Source: Bacillota bacterium (GTDB taxonomy: Bacteria; Bacillota; JAAYKD01). Taken from it: a stretch of DNA of 64,000 bases. Numbering within the stretch: position 1 is the first letter of the stretch; the number at the start of each line of letters is the position of its first letter. The stretch lies in contig OY762825.2 of NCBI GenBank assembly GCA_963666425.2, positions 2,144,001-2,208,000 of the forward strand. The letters are read 5' to 3'. The notes below the pieces were generated by a model that did not search any database, had not been told where the DNA came from, and saw only the letters and a program-made list of their open reading frames with translations. The translations under genes were made by a program, and so were the position numbers. Below, piece by piece: positions 37,128-46,216 of the stretch.

Positions 37128-38342
37128 ATGAGGAAATTTGTACAACTCTATTCGGAAATCGGCAAGTTAAATACAGTGATTCTGCATCGTCCCGGCACGG
37201 AGCTGGAACAGTTGATTCCACCGTATTTAGAATATATGCTCTCCGAGGATACGCCCCATGTCCGCATCGCTGCTGCCGAGCACGATGCTTTTGCTCAGTT
37301 ACTGCTGAACAAGGGCACCAATGTACTCTATTTGTCGAATTTGTTCCGCGAGGTGATTGAAAACCAAGTCATTCGCGAAGCCTTCATCGAGGATTACCTG
37401 CAGGTCAGCAGGGTAGCCTCGGAAGGTTTAAAGAAAGTGATTCGAGAGTACCTGCAGATAAAAACACCCGCACAGTTTGTGGAAACCATTCTGCGCGGTG
37501 TGATGAAACGGGACCTAAACGGGATCCGGGCGCAAGGGCTGCCCATGGTTGTGCAGGAGGATTATCCGTTCTACACCGATCCGCTTTGCGGGATTTATTT
37601 CACCCGCGATATTGGGGTCTGTATCGGCCATGGTATGATTGTGAGCAGCATGAGTATGCCATTCCGCCAAAGAGAGACACTGCTGGTGCGCTACATCTGG
37701 AAGTATCATCCCCTGTTTCGGCGGGATGATACGCCCCTTTGGTATGATTACAATTTGGGGTATGGGATTGAAGGCGGCGATGTGCATGTCTTATCCGATA
37801 AAGTTTTGGCGATCGGATATAGTGAACGTACCTCTTTGGGTGCCATCGAAGCCGTGGCCGGTAATGTTTTGAAATCCGGTTATGAGAAAATTTTGCTGTT
37901 CAATTTGCCCAAATCGCGCCGCTATATGCATTTGGATGTGCTCTTTACCATGGTTGACTATAATAAATTCCTGGTTACACCGCCGATGGCAGAAGGTCAA
38001 TTCGACGTTTACGAAATAACCATGGACCGGCAGGGTGAACTGCGGACCACGAGATGCACCGGTTCTGTCAAAGAAACGCTGCAGTATGCACTGAAACTGG
38101 ATGAAGTGATTTTTATTCCGGTTGGCGCCGGTGATGTGATTTACGCACCGAGAGAGCATTGGAATATGGGTTCCAATGTTTTGACCATTGCGCCGGGAGA
38201 AGTGATTGCTTACGACCGCAATGAGGTGACCAATGAGCAGCTGGATAAAAACGGTGTGCTGGTGCATACCTTCTCCGGATCGGAATTGTCCAGAGGCCGT
38301 GGCGGTCCGCGCTGTATGAGTATGCCAATCAACCGTAATTGA
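37128..38342 (+). CDS. arcA: Arginine deiminase family protein
   Basis: SEIGKL..VILHRPG, YFTRD, IEGGD, SERT, MHLD, ELSRGRGGPRCMSMP; RBS AAAGGAG. Confidence 0.88.
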   Translation: MRKFVQLYSEIGKLNTVILHRPGTELEQLIPPYLEYMLSEDTPHVRIAAAEHDAFAQLLLNKGTNVLYLSNLFREVIENQVIREAFIEDYLQVSRVASEGLKKVIREYLQIKTPAQFVETILRGVMKRDLNGIRAQGLPMVVQEDYPFYTDPLCGIYFTRDIGVCIGHGMIVSSMSMPFRQRETLLVRYIWKYHPLFRRDDTPLWYDYNLGYGIEGGDVHVLSDKVLAIGYSERTSLGAIEAVAGNVLKSGYEKILLFNLPKSRRYMHLDVLFTMVDYNKFLVTPPMAEGQFDVYEITMDRQGELRTTRCTGSVKETLQYALKLDEVIFIPVGAGDVIYAPREHWNMGSNVLTIAPGEVIAYDRNEVTNEQLDKNGVLVHTFSGSELSRGRGGPRCMSMPINRN

Positions 38343-38405
38343 TCATTAATGAGCAAATTGCGCGGGAAGAAGAAAAAACCATTGCCTGCAATTGTTATAA
38401 TTTTC

Positions 38406-38434
38406 TTGACAAGCAGAAGCGGCAATGATATATT
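38406..38434 (+). promoter_or_regulatory. Sigma-A promoter of the thrS leader
   Basis: TTGACA-17 nt-TATATT with TG. Confidence 0.75.
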
Positions 38435-38439
38435 ACAGA

Positions 38440-38730
38440 AAGAGCGATGCAGAAGAAACGACTTATCATACTGACGATCAGAGAGGGCATGTCACCGGCT
38501 GAAAGCAAGCCTGCGTTCCAATGATAAGGATAACCACTTCCAAGCTGCTGTTCCAAAGGAATGAGGATGTCTCCTTCCGAGTAGTTTCAGCCGTAGGTTC
38601 AGCGTTAAGAACAACGAAGGGATGGATTGAAGACAATGATTTGTTTCAATTCATAATCCGGGTGGAACCGTGCGAAGTAGCACCCCGGACAGAACTGTAG
38701 AACCAGTTCTGTCCGGGGTGTTTTTATTTT
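38440..38730 (+). promoter_or_regulatory. T-box riboswitch (Thr)
   Basis: AGAGAG and GGCTGAAA stem I motifs, specifier ACC at 38533-38535, T-box GGGTGGAACCGTG at 38660-38672, strong terminator at 38680-38730. Confidence 0.92.
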
Positions 38731-38796
38731 CGATCGCTTCTGGCGGGTGCTCCGCCATCCAGTAATGCGAAGAGGAAAGAAAGAGGTGTTTTAGGA

Positions 38797-40701
38797 ATGA
38801 TCGGGATTCAATTGAAAAATGGCAGCAGATTGGAATTGGAAGAAGGCGCAAATTGCCTGCAGGCAGCCAAAAAGATGAGCAACAGCCTGGCGAAAGAGGT
38901 TTTGGCAGCCGAGGTCAATGGCTGTGCGGTGGATCTCAGCACAGAGCTGAAGGACGGCGACCGACTGAATTTACTGACATTTAATGATGAAGAAGGAAAA
39001 CATGTCATGCGTCACAGCGGCGCTCATTTACTGGCACATGCCGTGAAGCGGCTTTATCCGGCGGCAAAACCAACCATCGGTCCGGCGGTAGAAAATGGCT
39101 TCTATTACGACTTTGATATGGATACCACCATTTCCAGCAACGAACTGGCGAAGATTGAAGCGGAAATGCTGAAGATTGTCAAAGAGAATTTGCCGATTCA
39201 GCGCTTTGCTTTGCCCCGGAATGAGGCAATCGCCCTGATGCAGAAGAGAGAGGAACCTTATAAGGTAGAGTTGATCGAGAATCTGCCGGAAGGAGAAGAG
39301 ATCTCGTTTTATCAGCAGGGGGAATATGTTGACCTTTGTGTCGGACCGCATGTGCTGAGTACCGGTGCCTTGAAAGCGTTTAAGCTGACCGCCGTTACAG
39401 GTGCTTACTGGCATGGTGATGCCAATAATAAGATGCTGCAGCGGATTTACGGTGTCGTTTATCCAAAAAAAACGGATTTAGATGCTTATCTGACCATGCT
39501 GGAGGAAGCGAAAAAGCGTGATCATCGTAAACTTGGCAGAGAGCTGGATTTGTTCCTGCTGGCGGACGAAGGGCCTGGTTTTCCGTTCTTTTTGCCCAAA
39601 GGGATGATTTTACGCAATTTGCTGATCGATTTCTGGCGTGAAGTCCATCATAAAGCCGGCTATCAAGAAATCAGCACGCCGATTATTTTAAATGAATCCC
39701 TCTGGCATCAATCCGGGCATTGGGATCATTATAAAGAAAATATGTATTTTACCACCATTGATGAGCAGGCGTATGCGATTAAGCCGATGAACTGTCCCGG
39801 TGGAATTTTGGCTTTTAAACGTAAAGCTTATTCTTATCGTGATTTGCCGCAGCGGTTGGGTGAATTGGGTATCGTCCATCGTCACGAATTATCCGGAGCC
39901 TTACACGGTTTGATGCGCGTGCGCTGTTTCACGCAGGATGATGCGCACATCTTTATGACACCGGATCAAATCGAGAGCGAAATCATCAGCACCATCCGTT
40001 TGATCGATTCCATTTATCGCGTCTTTGGTTTTGAATATCATATGGAACTATCCACGCGCCCAGAGAATTCGATGGGCAGCGACGAGCAATGGGAAGCGGC
40101 GACCAATGGCTTGCGCAATGCTTTGGAGATTAATGGTCAACCTTATAAACTGAATGAGGGTGACGGTGCCTTCTACGGTCCGAAAATTGATTTCCATCTG
40201 AAAGATTGCCTGGGGCGGACCTGGCAGTGCGGCACGATTCAGCTTGATATGCAAATGCCGGAACTCTTTGATATCTCCTATATCGCGCCGGATGGCGAGA
40301 AACACCGCCCGGTCATGATCCATCGCACGGCACTTGGCAGTATCGAGCGGTTCCTCGGTATCCTGATCGAACATTATGCCGGTGCATTTCCAACCTGGCT
40401 GGCGCCGGTGCAGGCGATTATCATGCAGATCACGGATAAAAATCTTGCTTATGCGAAAGAAATTTATCAGCAATTGGACAAGGCAGGTTACCGCGTAGAA
40501 TTGGATGCCCGCAATGAAAAAGTAGGCTATAAGATTCGGGAAGCACAGATGCAGAAAATTCCTTATATGCTGATCTTAGGTGATAAGGAAATGGAAGACG
40601 GCAGCGTCTCGGTCCGCTTGCGCAAGACAGGGGAAACAAAAGTGATGACCTTGCTTGAATTTATTGCCATGGTCAACGCTGAAGTTGCAGCACGGATTTA
40701 A
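38797..40701 (+). CDS. thrS: Threonine--tRNA ligase
   Basis: TGS domain, RHSGAH, RDHRKLG, KPMNCP, GLMRVRCFTQDDAH, GAFYGPK. Confidence 0.98.
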   Translation: MIGIQLKNGSRLELEEGANCLQAAKKMSNSLAKEVLAAEVNGCAVDLSTELKDGDRLNLLTFNDEEGKHVMRHSGAHLLAHAVKRLYPAAKPTIGPAVENGFYYDFDMDTTISSNELAKIEAEMLKIVKENLPIQRFALPRNEAIALMQKREEPYKVELIENLPEGEEISFYQQGEYVDLCVGPHVLSTGALKAFKLTAVTGAYWHGDANNKMLQRIYGVVYPKKTDLDAYLTMLEEAKKRDHRKLGRELDLFLLADEGPGFPFFLPKGMILRNLLIDFWREVHHKAGYQEISTPIILNESLWHQSGHWDHYKENMYFTTIDEQAYAIKPMNCPGGILAFKRKAYSYRDLPQRLGELGIVHRHELSGALHGLMRVRCFTQDDAHIFMTPDQIESEIISTIRLIDSIYRVFGFEYHMELSTRPENSMGSDEQWEAATNGLRNALEINGQPYKLNEGDGAFYGPKIDFHLKDCLGRTWQCGTIQLDMQMPELFDISYIAPDGEKHRPVMIHRTALGSIERFLGILIEHYAGAFPTWLAPVQAIIMQITDKNLAYAKEIYQQLDKAGYRVELDARNEKVGYKIREAQMQKIPYMLILGDKEMEDGSVSVRLRKTGETKVMTLLEFIAMVNAEVAARI

Positions 40702-40776
40702 TCACTGCGAACGCAGAACAAAGCAAGCCGTTTTCTTCAGGCGCAACGTTTTTTTGCTTTGCCTTCCGTGCTGCTA

Positions 40777-40805
40777 TTGCTAAATTGAGTGCTATGGTGT
40801 AAAAT
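40777..40805 (+). promoter_or_regulatory. Sigma-A promoter of tuf copy 1
   Basis: TTGCTA-17 nt-TAAAAT. Confidence 0.6.
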
Positions 40806-40876
40806 AAGTGTTGTGTATCCAAAGTGATGGCAGAATCATTGCGAGGGACACGAATTATAGTTGGGAGGCGATTTCC

Positions 40877-42082
40877 TTGGCCAAAAAGAAATATGAACGT
40901 ACCAAGACCCATGTAAATATCGGAACGATTGGTCACATTGATCATGGCAAAACAACATTGACCGCAGCCATAACCAAAGTGCTTTCCACCGTTGGTGGTG
41001 CAGCAGTCATGAATTATGCAGATATTGACAAAGCCCCGGAAGAAAAAGCCCGTGGCATCACAATTAACACAGCCCATGTCGAATATGAAACCGCGCATCG
41101 TCACTATGCCCATGTGGACTGCCCGGGACATGCCGACTATGTCAAGAACATGATTACCGGTGCCGCTCAGATGGACGGCGCGATCCTGGTTGTTTCCGCT
41201 GCCGACGGCCCAATGCCGCAAACCAGAGAACATATCCTGCTGGCCTATCAGGTTGGCGTACCTTACATGATCGTCTTCCTGAATAAGGCAGATATGGTAG
41301 ACGACGCGGAATTAATCGAATTGGTCGAAATGGAAGTCCGCGAGTTGCTGACCAGCTACAAATTCCCGGGCGACGAAGTGCCGGTCATCGTAGGATCCGC
41401 TTTAAAAGCCGGCGAATGCGGCTGCGGTAAACGCGACTGCCAATGGTGCGGCGCCATCTGGAAATTGATGGATGCGGTAGATTCTTACATCCCGGATCCG
41501 GTCCGCGCGACCGATAAACCGTTCCTGTTGCCGGTAGAAGACGTCTTTACGATCACCGGACGCGGCACTGTCGCGACAGGCAGAGTAGAACGCGGCATGG
41601 TTAAGATCTCAGACGAAGTAGAAATCGTCGGTTTGGCAGAAAAACCGCGTAAAGTGGTTGTCACCGGCGTAGAAATGTTCCGTAAGCTGTTGGATTCCGC
41701 GATTGCGGGAGACAACGTGGGTGTGCTGCTGCGCGGCGTTGACCGCAAAGATATCGAACGCGGCCAAGTTTTAGCAAAACCGGGTTCGATCAAACCGCAT
41801 ACCTCCTTCAAAGCGAATGTCTATGTTCTGAGCAAAGAAGAAGGCGGCCGTCATACACCGTTCTTCAACGGCTATCGTCCGCAGTTCTATTTCCGGACCA
41901 CCGACGTGACGGGCAATATTGCCTTACCGGAGGGTGTGGAAATGGTAATGCCGGGTGATAACGTGGTAATGGGCGTGGAATTGATCACACCGATTGCTAT
42001 CGAAAAAGAACTGCGTTTCGCAATCCGCGAAGGCGGCCGTACCGTTGGCGCCGGTGTCGTCACCGAAATCAACGAGGTTTAA
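40877..42082 (+). CDS. tuf: Elongation factor Tu, copy 1
   Basis: TTG start after GGGAGG; [17 protein letters not shown]; 401 aa. Confidence 0.99.
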   Translation: MAKKKYERTKTHVNIGTIGHIDHGKTTLTAAITKVLSTVGGAAVMNYADIDKAPEEKARGITINTAHVEYETAHRHYAHVDCPGHADYVKNMITGAAQMDGAILVVSAADGPMPQTREHILLAYQVGVPYMIVFLNKADMVDDAELIELVEMEVRELLTSYKFPGDEVPVIVGSALKAGECGCGKRDCQWCGAIWKLMDAVDSYIPDPVRATDKPFLLPVEDVFTITGRGTVATGRVERGMVKISDEVEIVGLAEKPRKVVVTGVEMFRKLLDSAIAGDNVGVLLRGVDRKDIERGQVLAKPGSIKPHTSFKANVYVLSKEEGGRHTPFFNGYRPQFYFRTTDVTGNIALPEGVEMVMPGDNVVMGVELITPIAIEKELRFAIREGGRTVGAGVVTEINEV

Positions 42083-42111
42083 GAGGAACGCTCATTCTGG
42101 GAAATCCTAAA

Positions 42112-42160
42112 AAGGCAGACATGCCGCTGAGGAAGCAAAGCGTGTCTGCCTTCTCTTATT
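42112..42160 (+). terminator. Terminator after tuf
   Basis: AAGGCAGACATGC/GCGTGTCTGCCTT stem plus a T-rich tail. Confidence 0.7.
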
Positions 42161-42282
42161 CGGAAAGCTGGGAAAGTCTAAAAAGGGAAAAGGCTTATTG
42201 ACAGGCCTTTAGTTTGAAAATACCTAAGCCATTTTCATCTTCAAACGTTGAAAAGCGACGTTAAGTTTATTTATAAAATTCA

Positions 42283-42312
42283 TTGACAGGTGGCCTCGGT
42301 TTGTGTTATTCT
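42283..42312 (+). promoter_or_regulatory. Sigma-A promoter of rpmG-secE-nusG
   Basis: TTGACA-18 nt-TATTCT with TG. Confidence 0.55.
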
Positions 42313-42374
42313 AATTTAGTCATAGATACAAGCAGAAATTGACTTGTGTAAATCGCTTAGGAGGTGCTTGATTC

Positions 42375-42524
42375 ATGAGAGTCGGAATCAGTTTAGCTTG
42401 CACAGAATGTAAGCAGAGAAATTACCGGACAGAAAAAAACAAAAAGAAAAATACCGAGCGTCTGGAATTAAAAAAGTACTGCAAATTCTGCAAGACTCAC
42501 ACTTTGCATCGCGAAACGCGCTAG
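42375..42524 (+). CDS. rpmG: 50S ribosomal protein L33 (zinc-binding type); missing from the ORF track
   Basis: Translated by hand: [49 protein letters not shown]; RBS AGGAGGTG. Confidence 0.97.
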   Translation: MRVGISLACTECKQRNYRTEKNKKKNTERLELKKYCKFCKTHTLHRETR

Positions 42525-42536
42525 TGAGGTGATGAG

Positions 42537-42746
42537 ATGAAGTTTGTGGACAGATTTAAAGGTTGGGGTAAAGGGATTACAACGTTTTTCCGTGATATCC
42601 GCGGTGAGTTACGCAAAGTACAGTGGCCGGGCAAAAAAGAGACGATTGTTTACTCCGTTCTTGTCGCTGTTTTTACGTGCTTTGTGTCTTTGTTGATTTG
42701 GTTGATTGACTCAATCTTCAGCACGTTGCTGTCTTTCATTATATAA
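42537..42746 (+). CDS. secE: Preprotein translocase subunit SecE
   Basis: FFRDIRGELRKVQWP plus one TM helix; between rpmG and nusG. Confidence 0.95.
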   Translation: MKFVDRFKGWGKGITTFFRDIRGELRKVQWPGKKETIVYSVLVAVFTCFVSLLIWLIDSIFSTLLSFII

Positions 42747-42780
42747 TGTCTGCCAGGAAGGGAAGAGGTGAGACTGCGTA

Positions 42781-43317
42781 ATGAAGAGAGAATGGTACAT
42801 TGTTCATACTTATTCGGGTTATGAAAATAAGGTCAAAGATAACCTGGAAAAAAGAGTAGAAACAATGGAAATGCAGGACAAAATCTTTCGGGTTGAAGTT
42901 CCTACCGATGATGAGGTTGAAATCAAAGACTCCAAAAAGAAATTGACCAAACGAAAATTATATCCCGGTTATGTGTTGGTTGAGATGATTTATACCGATG
43001 ATTCCTGGTATGTTGTCCGGAATACGCCCGGTGTAACCGGCTTCATCAGCAGTGACAACAACAAACCAATTCCCATGGAGACAGAGGAAGTGGATCGGAT
43101 TATCGGTCGCCAAGCCCAAAATTTAGAGCATATTGTTTATATTGATTTGGCAGTCGGAGATAAAGTGGAAGTAATCGAAGGCCCTTTTGCCGGTAAAAAC
43201 GGTACGATTCTCGAAATCGATTTGGAACAACAATATTTAAAAGTTTTGCTATCTGTTTTCGGCTTCGGTCGGGAGGTTCCAACGGAACTGGCTTTGACCG
43301 ACGTGAAAAAAGCATAG
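42781..43317 (+). CDS. nusG: Transcription elongation factor NusG
   Basis: WYIVHTYSGYENKVK, YPGYVLV, VRNTPGVTGF, KOW motif. Confidence 0.98.
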   Translation: MKREWYIVHTYSGYENKVKDNLEKRVETMEMQDKIFRVEVPTDDEVEIKDSKKKLTKRKLYPGYVLVEMIYTDDSWYVVRNTPGVTGFISSDNNKPIPMETEEVDRIIGRQAQNLEHIVYIDLAVGDKVEVIEGPFAGKNGTILEIDLEQQYLKVLLSVFGFGREVPTELALTDVKKA

Positions 43318-43408
43318 AAACGCAAGAAAATCTTATCTTGCGTTGCTTTTGTTGCAATCTAAAATTACTGTAACAGAAGAAATTTTATGAAAAGGAGGTG
43401 GAATAAAC

Positions 43409-43834
43409 ATGGCAAAGAAACTCGTTAAGGTTGTAAAACTGCAATTACCCGCCGCAAAAGCGACACCGGCACCACCTGTAGGGCCTACCCTCGGTCAAGC
43501 TGGTATCAATATGATGGCGTTTCTGAAAGAATTCAATGAAAAGACCGCTGCTCAGATTGGTTTGGTAATTCCTGTTGAAATTTCAGTGTATCAGGATCGT
43601 TCCTTCACGTTTGTATTGAAAACACCGCCGGCAGCAGTATTGCTGAAAAAGGCGTGCAATATCGATACCGCATCCGGAACACCCAGCACGAAAAAAGTGG
43701 GTAAGGTTTCCAAGGATAAAATCCGTGAAATCGCCCAAATGAAGATGCCCGATTTAAATGCCGCTTCTCTGGAAGCCGCAATGCGTATGGTTGAGGGTAC
43801 TGCCCGCAGTATGGGGATTGAGATCGAAGTGTAA
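43409..43834 (+). CDS. rplK: 50S ribosomal protein L11
   Basis: [24 protein letters not shown]. Confidence 0.99.
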   Translation: MAKKLVKVVKLQLPAAKATPAPPVGPTLGQAGINMMAFLKEFNEKTAAQIGLVIPVEISVYQDRSFTFVLKTPPAAVLLKKACNIDTASGTPSTKKVGKVSKDKIREIAQMKMPDLNAASLEAAMRMVEGTARSMGIEIEV

Positions 43835-43864
43835 TTCACCGGGATCCAACACTACCCGCAGCCA

Positions 43865-43893
43865 GTGGGAGGGGTAATCCCCCGTATGACCAC
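43865..43893 (+). promoter_or_regulatory. L1-binding autoregulatory leader
   Basis: GTGGGAGG-hairpin-GACCAC immediately before the rplA RBS, as known in Firmicutes. Confidence 0.7.
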
Positions 43894-43909
43894 AAAGGAG
43901 GAAAAATAA

Positions 43910-44623
43910 ATGTCCCAACACGGAAAGAGATTTGCTGAAGCAGCAAAATTAGTGGATCGCAGCAAACAATACGAACCATTGGAAGCATTGGAACTGATCG
44001 GTAAGGTCAGCACCACAAAATTCGTTGAAACTGTGGATATCGCGGTTGTTTTGGGTGTGAATCCCAAACATGCCGATCAGAATGTCCGCGGTGCGGCAGT
44101 AATGCCTGCCGGTTTAGGTAAGACGGTGCGCGTCGTCGCTTTCGCTAAAGGCGATAAAGCAAAAGAAGCAGAAGAAGCCGGTGCCGATGTGGTTGGCGCC
44201 GAAGAATTGGTTGCAAAAATCCAAGCCGGCTGGTCAGATTTCGATGTAGCGGTTGCTACACCGGATGTCATGGGCTTAGTTGGCCGTTTGGGCCGTGTTC
44301 TTGGTCCGCGCGGCTTGATGCCAAACCCCAAGACTGGTACCGTTAGCATGGATATTGCAAAAGCGATTGCTGAGATCAAATCCGGTAAAGCGGAGTACCG
44401 TGTAGATAAAGCCGGTGTCATTCATGCACCGATCGGCAAGGCCAACTTTACGGTTGCTCAACTGGCAACGAACATGGAAGCTTTAATGGACGCTCTGGTG
44501 AAAGCACGTCCTGCAACTGCCAAAGGTCAATATATCAAATCCGTTACCATCACAACAACGATGGGACCTGGCATCCATATAAATCCCCTGCATGCTACAG
44601 GAAAACTTTTGCCGCAAACCTAA
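43910..44623 (+). CDS. rplA: 50S ribosomal protein L1
   Basis: [20 protein letters not shown]. Confidence 0.99.
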   Translation: MSQHGKRFAEAAKLVDRSKQYEPLEALELIGKVSTTKFVETVDIAVVLGVNPKHADQNVRGAAVMPAGLGKTVRVVAFAKGDKAKEAEEAGADVVGAEELVAKIQAGWSDFDVAVATPDVMGLVGRLGRVLGPRGLMPNPKTGTVSMDIAKAIAEIKSGKAEYRVDKAGVIHAPIGKANFTVAQLATNMEALMDALVKARPATAKGQYIKSVTITTTMGPGIHINPLHATGKLLPQT

Positions 44624-44629
44624 TTTGAC

Positions 44630-44770
44630 TTGACAAAGTCGAGCAAAGCAATTAGAATAAGTAACAGATCGTAGACAGCAGGTACACTTTTGTTTAAATA
44701 CCCTGCCGAGGTCGGAAATGTCGCTGATTATTAGCGGTATCCGTCTGTCTGCGGATGCCGCTTTTTCTAT
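44630..44770 (+). promoter_or_regulatory. rplJL promoter plus L10 leader
   Basis: TTGACA-17 nt-TAGAAT; CGTAGACAGCAGG..TTAA..CCTGCCGAGG core and a terminator hairpin with T run. Confidence 0.85.
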
Positions 44771-44876
44771 AGCATGAATGATGACGAGCGCCTCAGGACA
44801 GTTGCTGTTCAGCTAGCTTTCCATTGCGTTTGCTATTGTTAAAGTGAATTTTGCAAAATAAGGGGGTGTATGTAAG

Positions 44877-45413
44877 ATGAATACGATTCGCGATCAGAAA
44901 ATGGCAGCAGTGCTTGAGATTAAAAACAAAATGCAGAGTGCACATTCCGTGCTTTTTATGGATTATAAGGGTATGAATGTTGCCACGGTAACCAGACTGC
45001 GTCGAAAATGCCGTGAAGCCGGTGTTGAGATGAAGGTTGTAAAAAATACTTTGACTCGCCGTGCCGCAACAGAGTTAGGCGTATCCGGAATCAATTCCAA
45101 ACTCGAAGGAACGACAGCAGCTTTCTTCGGTTTGAACGATCCCGTTTCTCCCGCCAAAGTTCTGGAAGCCTTTATTAAGGAAAACAAGCTGACTTTGGAG
45201 GTTAAAGCCGGTATTGTGGAAGGTAAAGTGATTGATGCAGCAGGCATCAAAGCGCTGGCCAGCCTACCCGATAAAAATGTTCTTATTGCTCAGGTTCTTG
45301 GCACACTCATTGCGCCGATCACCGGATTCTACTCTGTGCTGCAAGGCAATACCCGCAATTTGGTATATGCTTTGGAAGCAATTCGTCAGCAAAAAGAAGA
45401 AGCGGGCAACTAG
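44877..45413 (+). CDS. rplJ: 50S ribosomal protein L10
   Basis: DYKGMNV..LRRK, VVKNTL, LASLP. Confidence 0.98.
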   Translation: MNTIRDQKMAAVLEIKNKMQSAHSVLFMDYKGMNVATVTRLRRKCREAGVEMKVVKNTLTRRAATELGVSGINSKLEGTTAAFFGLNDPVSPAKVLEAFIKENKLTLEVKAGIVEGKVIDAAGIKALASLPDKNVLIAQVLGTLIAPITGFYSVLQGNTRNLVYALEAIRQQKEEAGN

Positions 45414-45464
45414 TTTGCCGGATGCTGCTTACTTTAATAAGAAAAATTTAGGAGGATGTTGAAA

Positions 45465-45839
45465 ATGAATAAAGAACAATTAATTGAAGCCATCAGCAAT
45501 TTGACCGTATTGGAATTAGCCGACCTGGTAAAAGCACTGGAAGAGAAATTTGGTGTTTCTGCTGCTGCTCCCGCCGCTGCTGCCGCTGCTCCTGTAGCCG
45601 CTGCCGCTGCTGTTGTGGAAGAAGAACAAACCGAATTTGATGTAATCCTTGAAACCATTGGCGACAAGAAAATCAATGTTATTAAAGTTGTTCGTGAAGT
45701 CACCGGCCTTGGCTTAACCGAGTCCAAAGCAATCGTTGACGGCGCACCCAAAGCGGTAAAAGAAAAGGTTTCCAAAGCCGACGGCGAAGAAATCGTCAAA
45801 AAGCTTGTTGAAGCCGGCGCTACTGCAAAATTGAAATAA
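45465..45839 (+). CDS. rplL: 50S ribosomal protein L7/L12
   Basis: EEKFGVSA, Ala-rich hinge, [17 protein letters not shown]. Confidence 0.99.
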   Translation: MNKEQLIEAISNLTVLELADLVKALEEKFGVSAAAPAAAAAAPVAAAAAVVEEEQTEFDVILETIGDKKINVIKVVREVTGLGLTESKAIVDGAPKAVKEKVSKADGEEIVKKLVEAGATAKLK

Positions 45840-45856
45840 TTGCTGATCTTCAGCAC

Positions 45857-45890
45857 AACGGGATATCCTGTTTGCAGGATATCCCGTTTT
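45857..45890 (+). terminator. rplL terminator (a second hairpin follows at 45897-45934)
   Basis: AACGGGATATCCTG/CAGGATATCCCGTT plus TT. Confidence 0.8.
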
Positions 45891-46001
45891 CCATTTACAG
45901 CCCGTTCAGCCCGCTTGCGCGCTGAACGGGCTGTGCTGGCACGTGATCCGAGCACGAGACGGATACCGGTGAATTAGCAGTTGTTTTCTGCTCCGGTACT
46001 C

Positions 46002-46030
46002 TTGACAAAAAAAAGATCCTATGGTAATAT
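46002..46030 (+). promoter_or_regulatory. Sigma-A promoter of rpoBC
   Basis: TTGACA-17 nt-TAATAT with TG. Confidence 0.7.
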
Positions 46031-46216
46031 AGATAATTGCAATAGTGTAGGATGGACTTATTGTTCTTTCTGCACCTATGTTAATTTGTTCCGTGACAGG
46101 AACTTCGATTTTGAGGATGAAATAAGCGAGGAGTCGTGAGCAGGTATGAAAATTAATAAATACCTGCTTTTTTAGTTACTCTGATGCTTCCGAAATCCAA
46201 ACAAGGGGTGACAAAT

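Noticed and set aside
10125-38400. Integrative element or prophage at tRNA-fMet
   Set aside because: No integrase, transposase, conjugation or phage genes, and no att duplication found by eye
40808-40876. 23-aa N-terminal extension on EF-Tu copy 1 in the ORF track
   Set aside because: The RBS GGGAGG and identity with copy 2 place the start at TTG 40877
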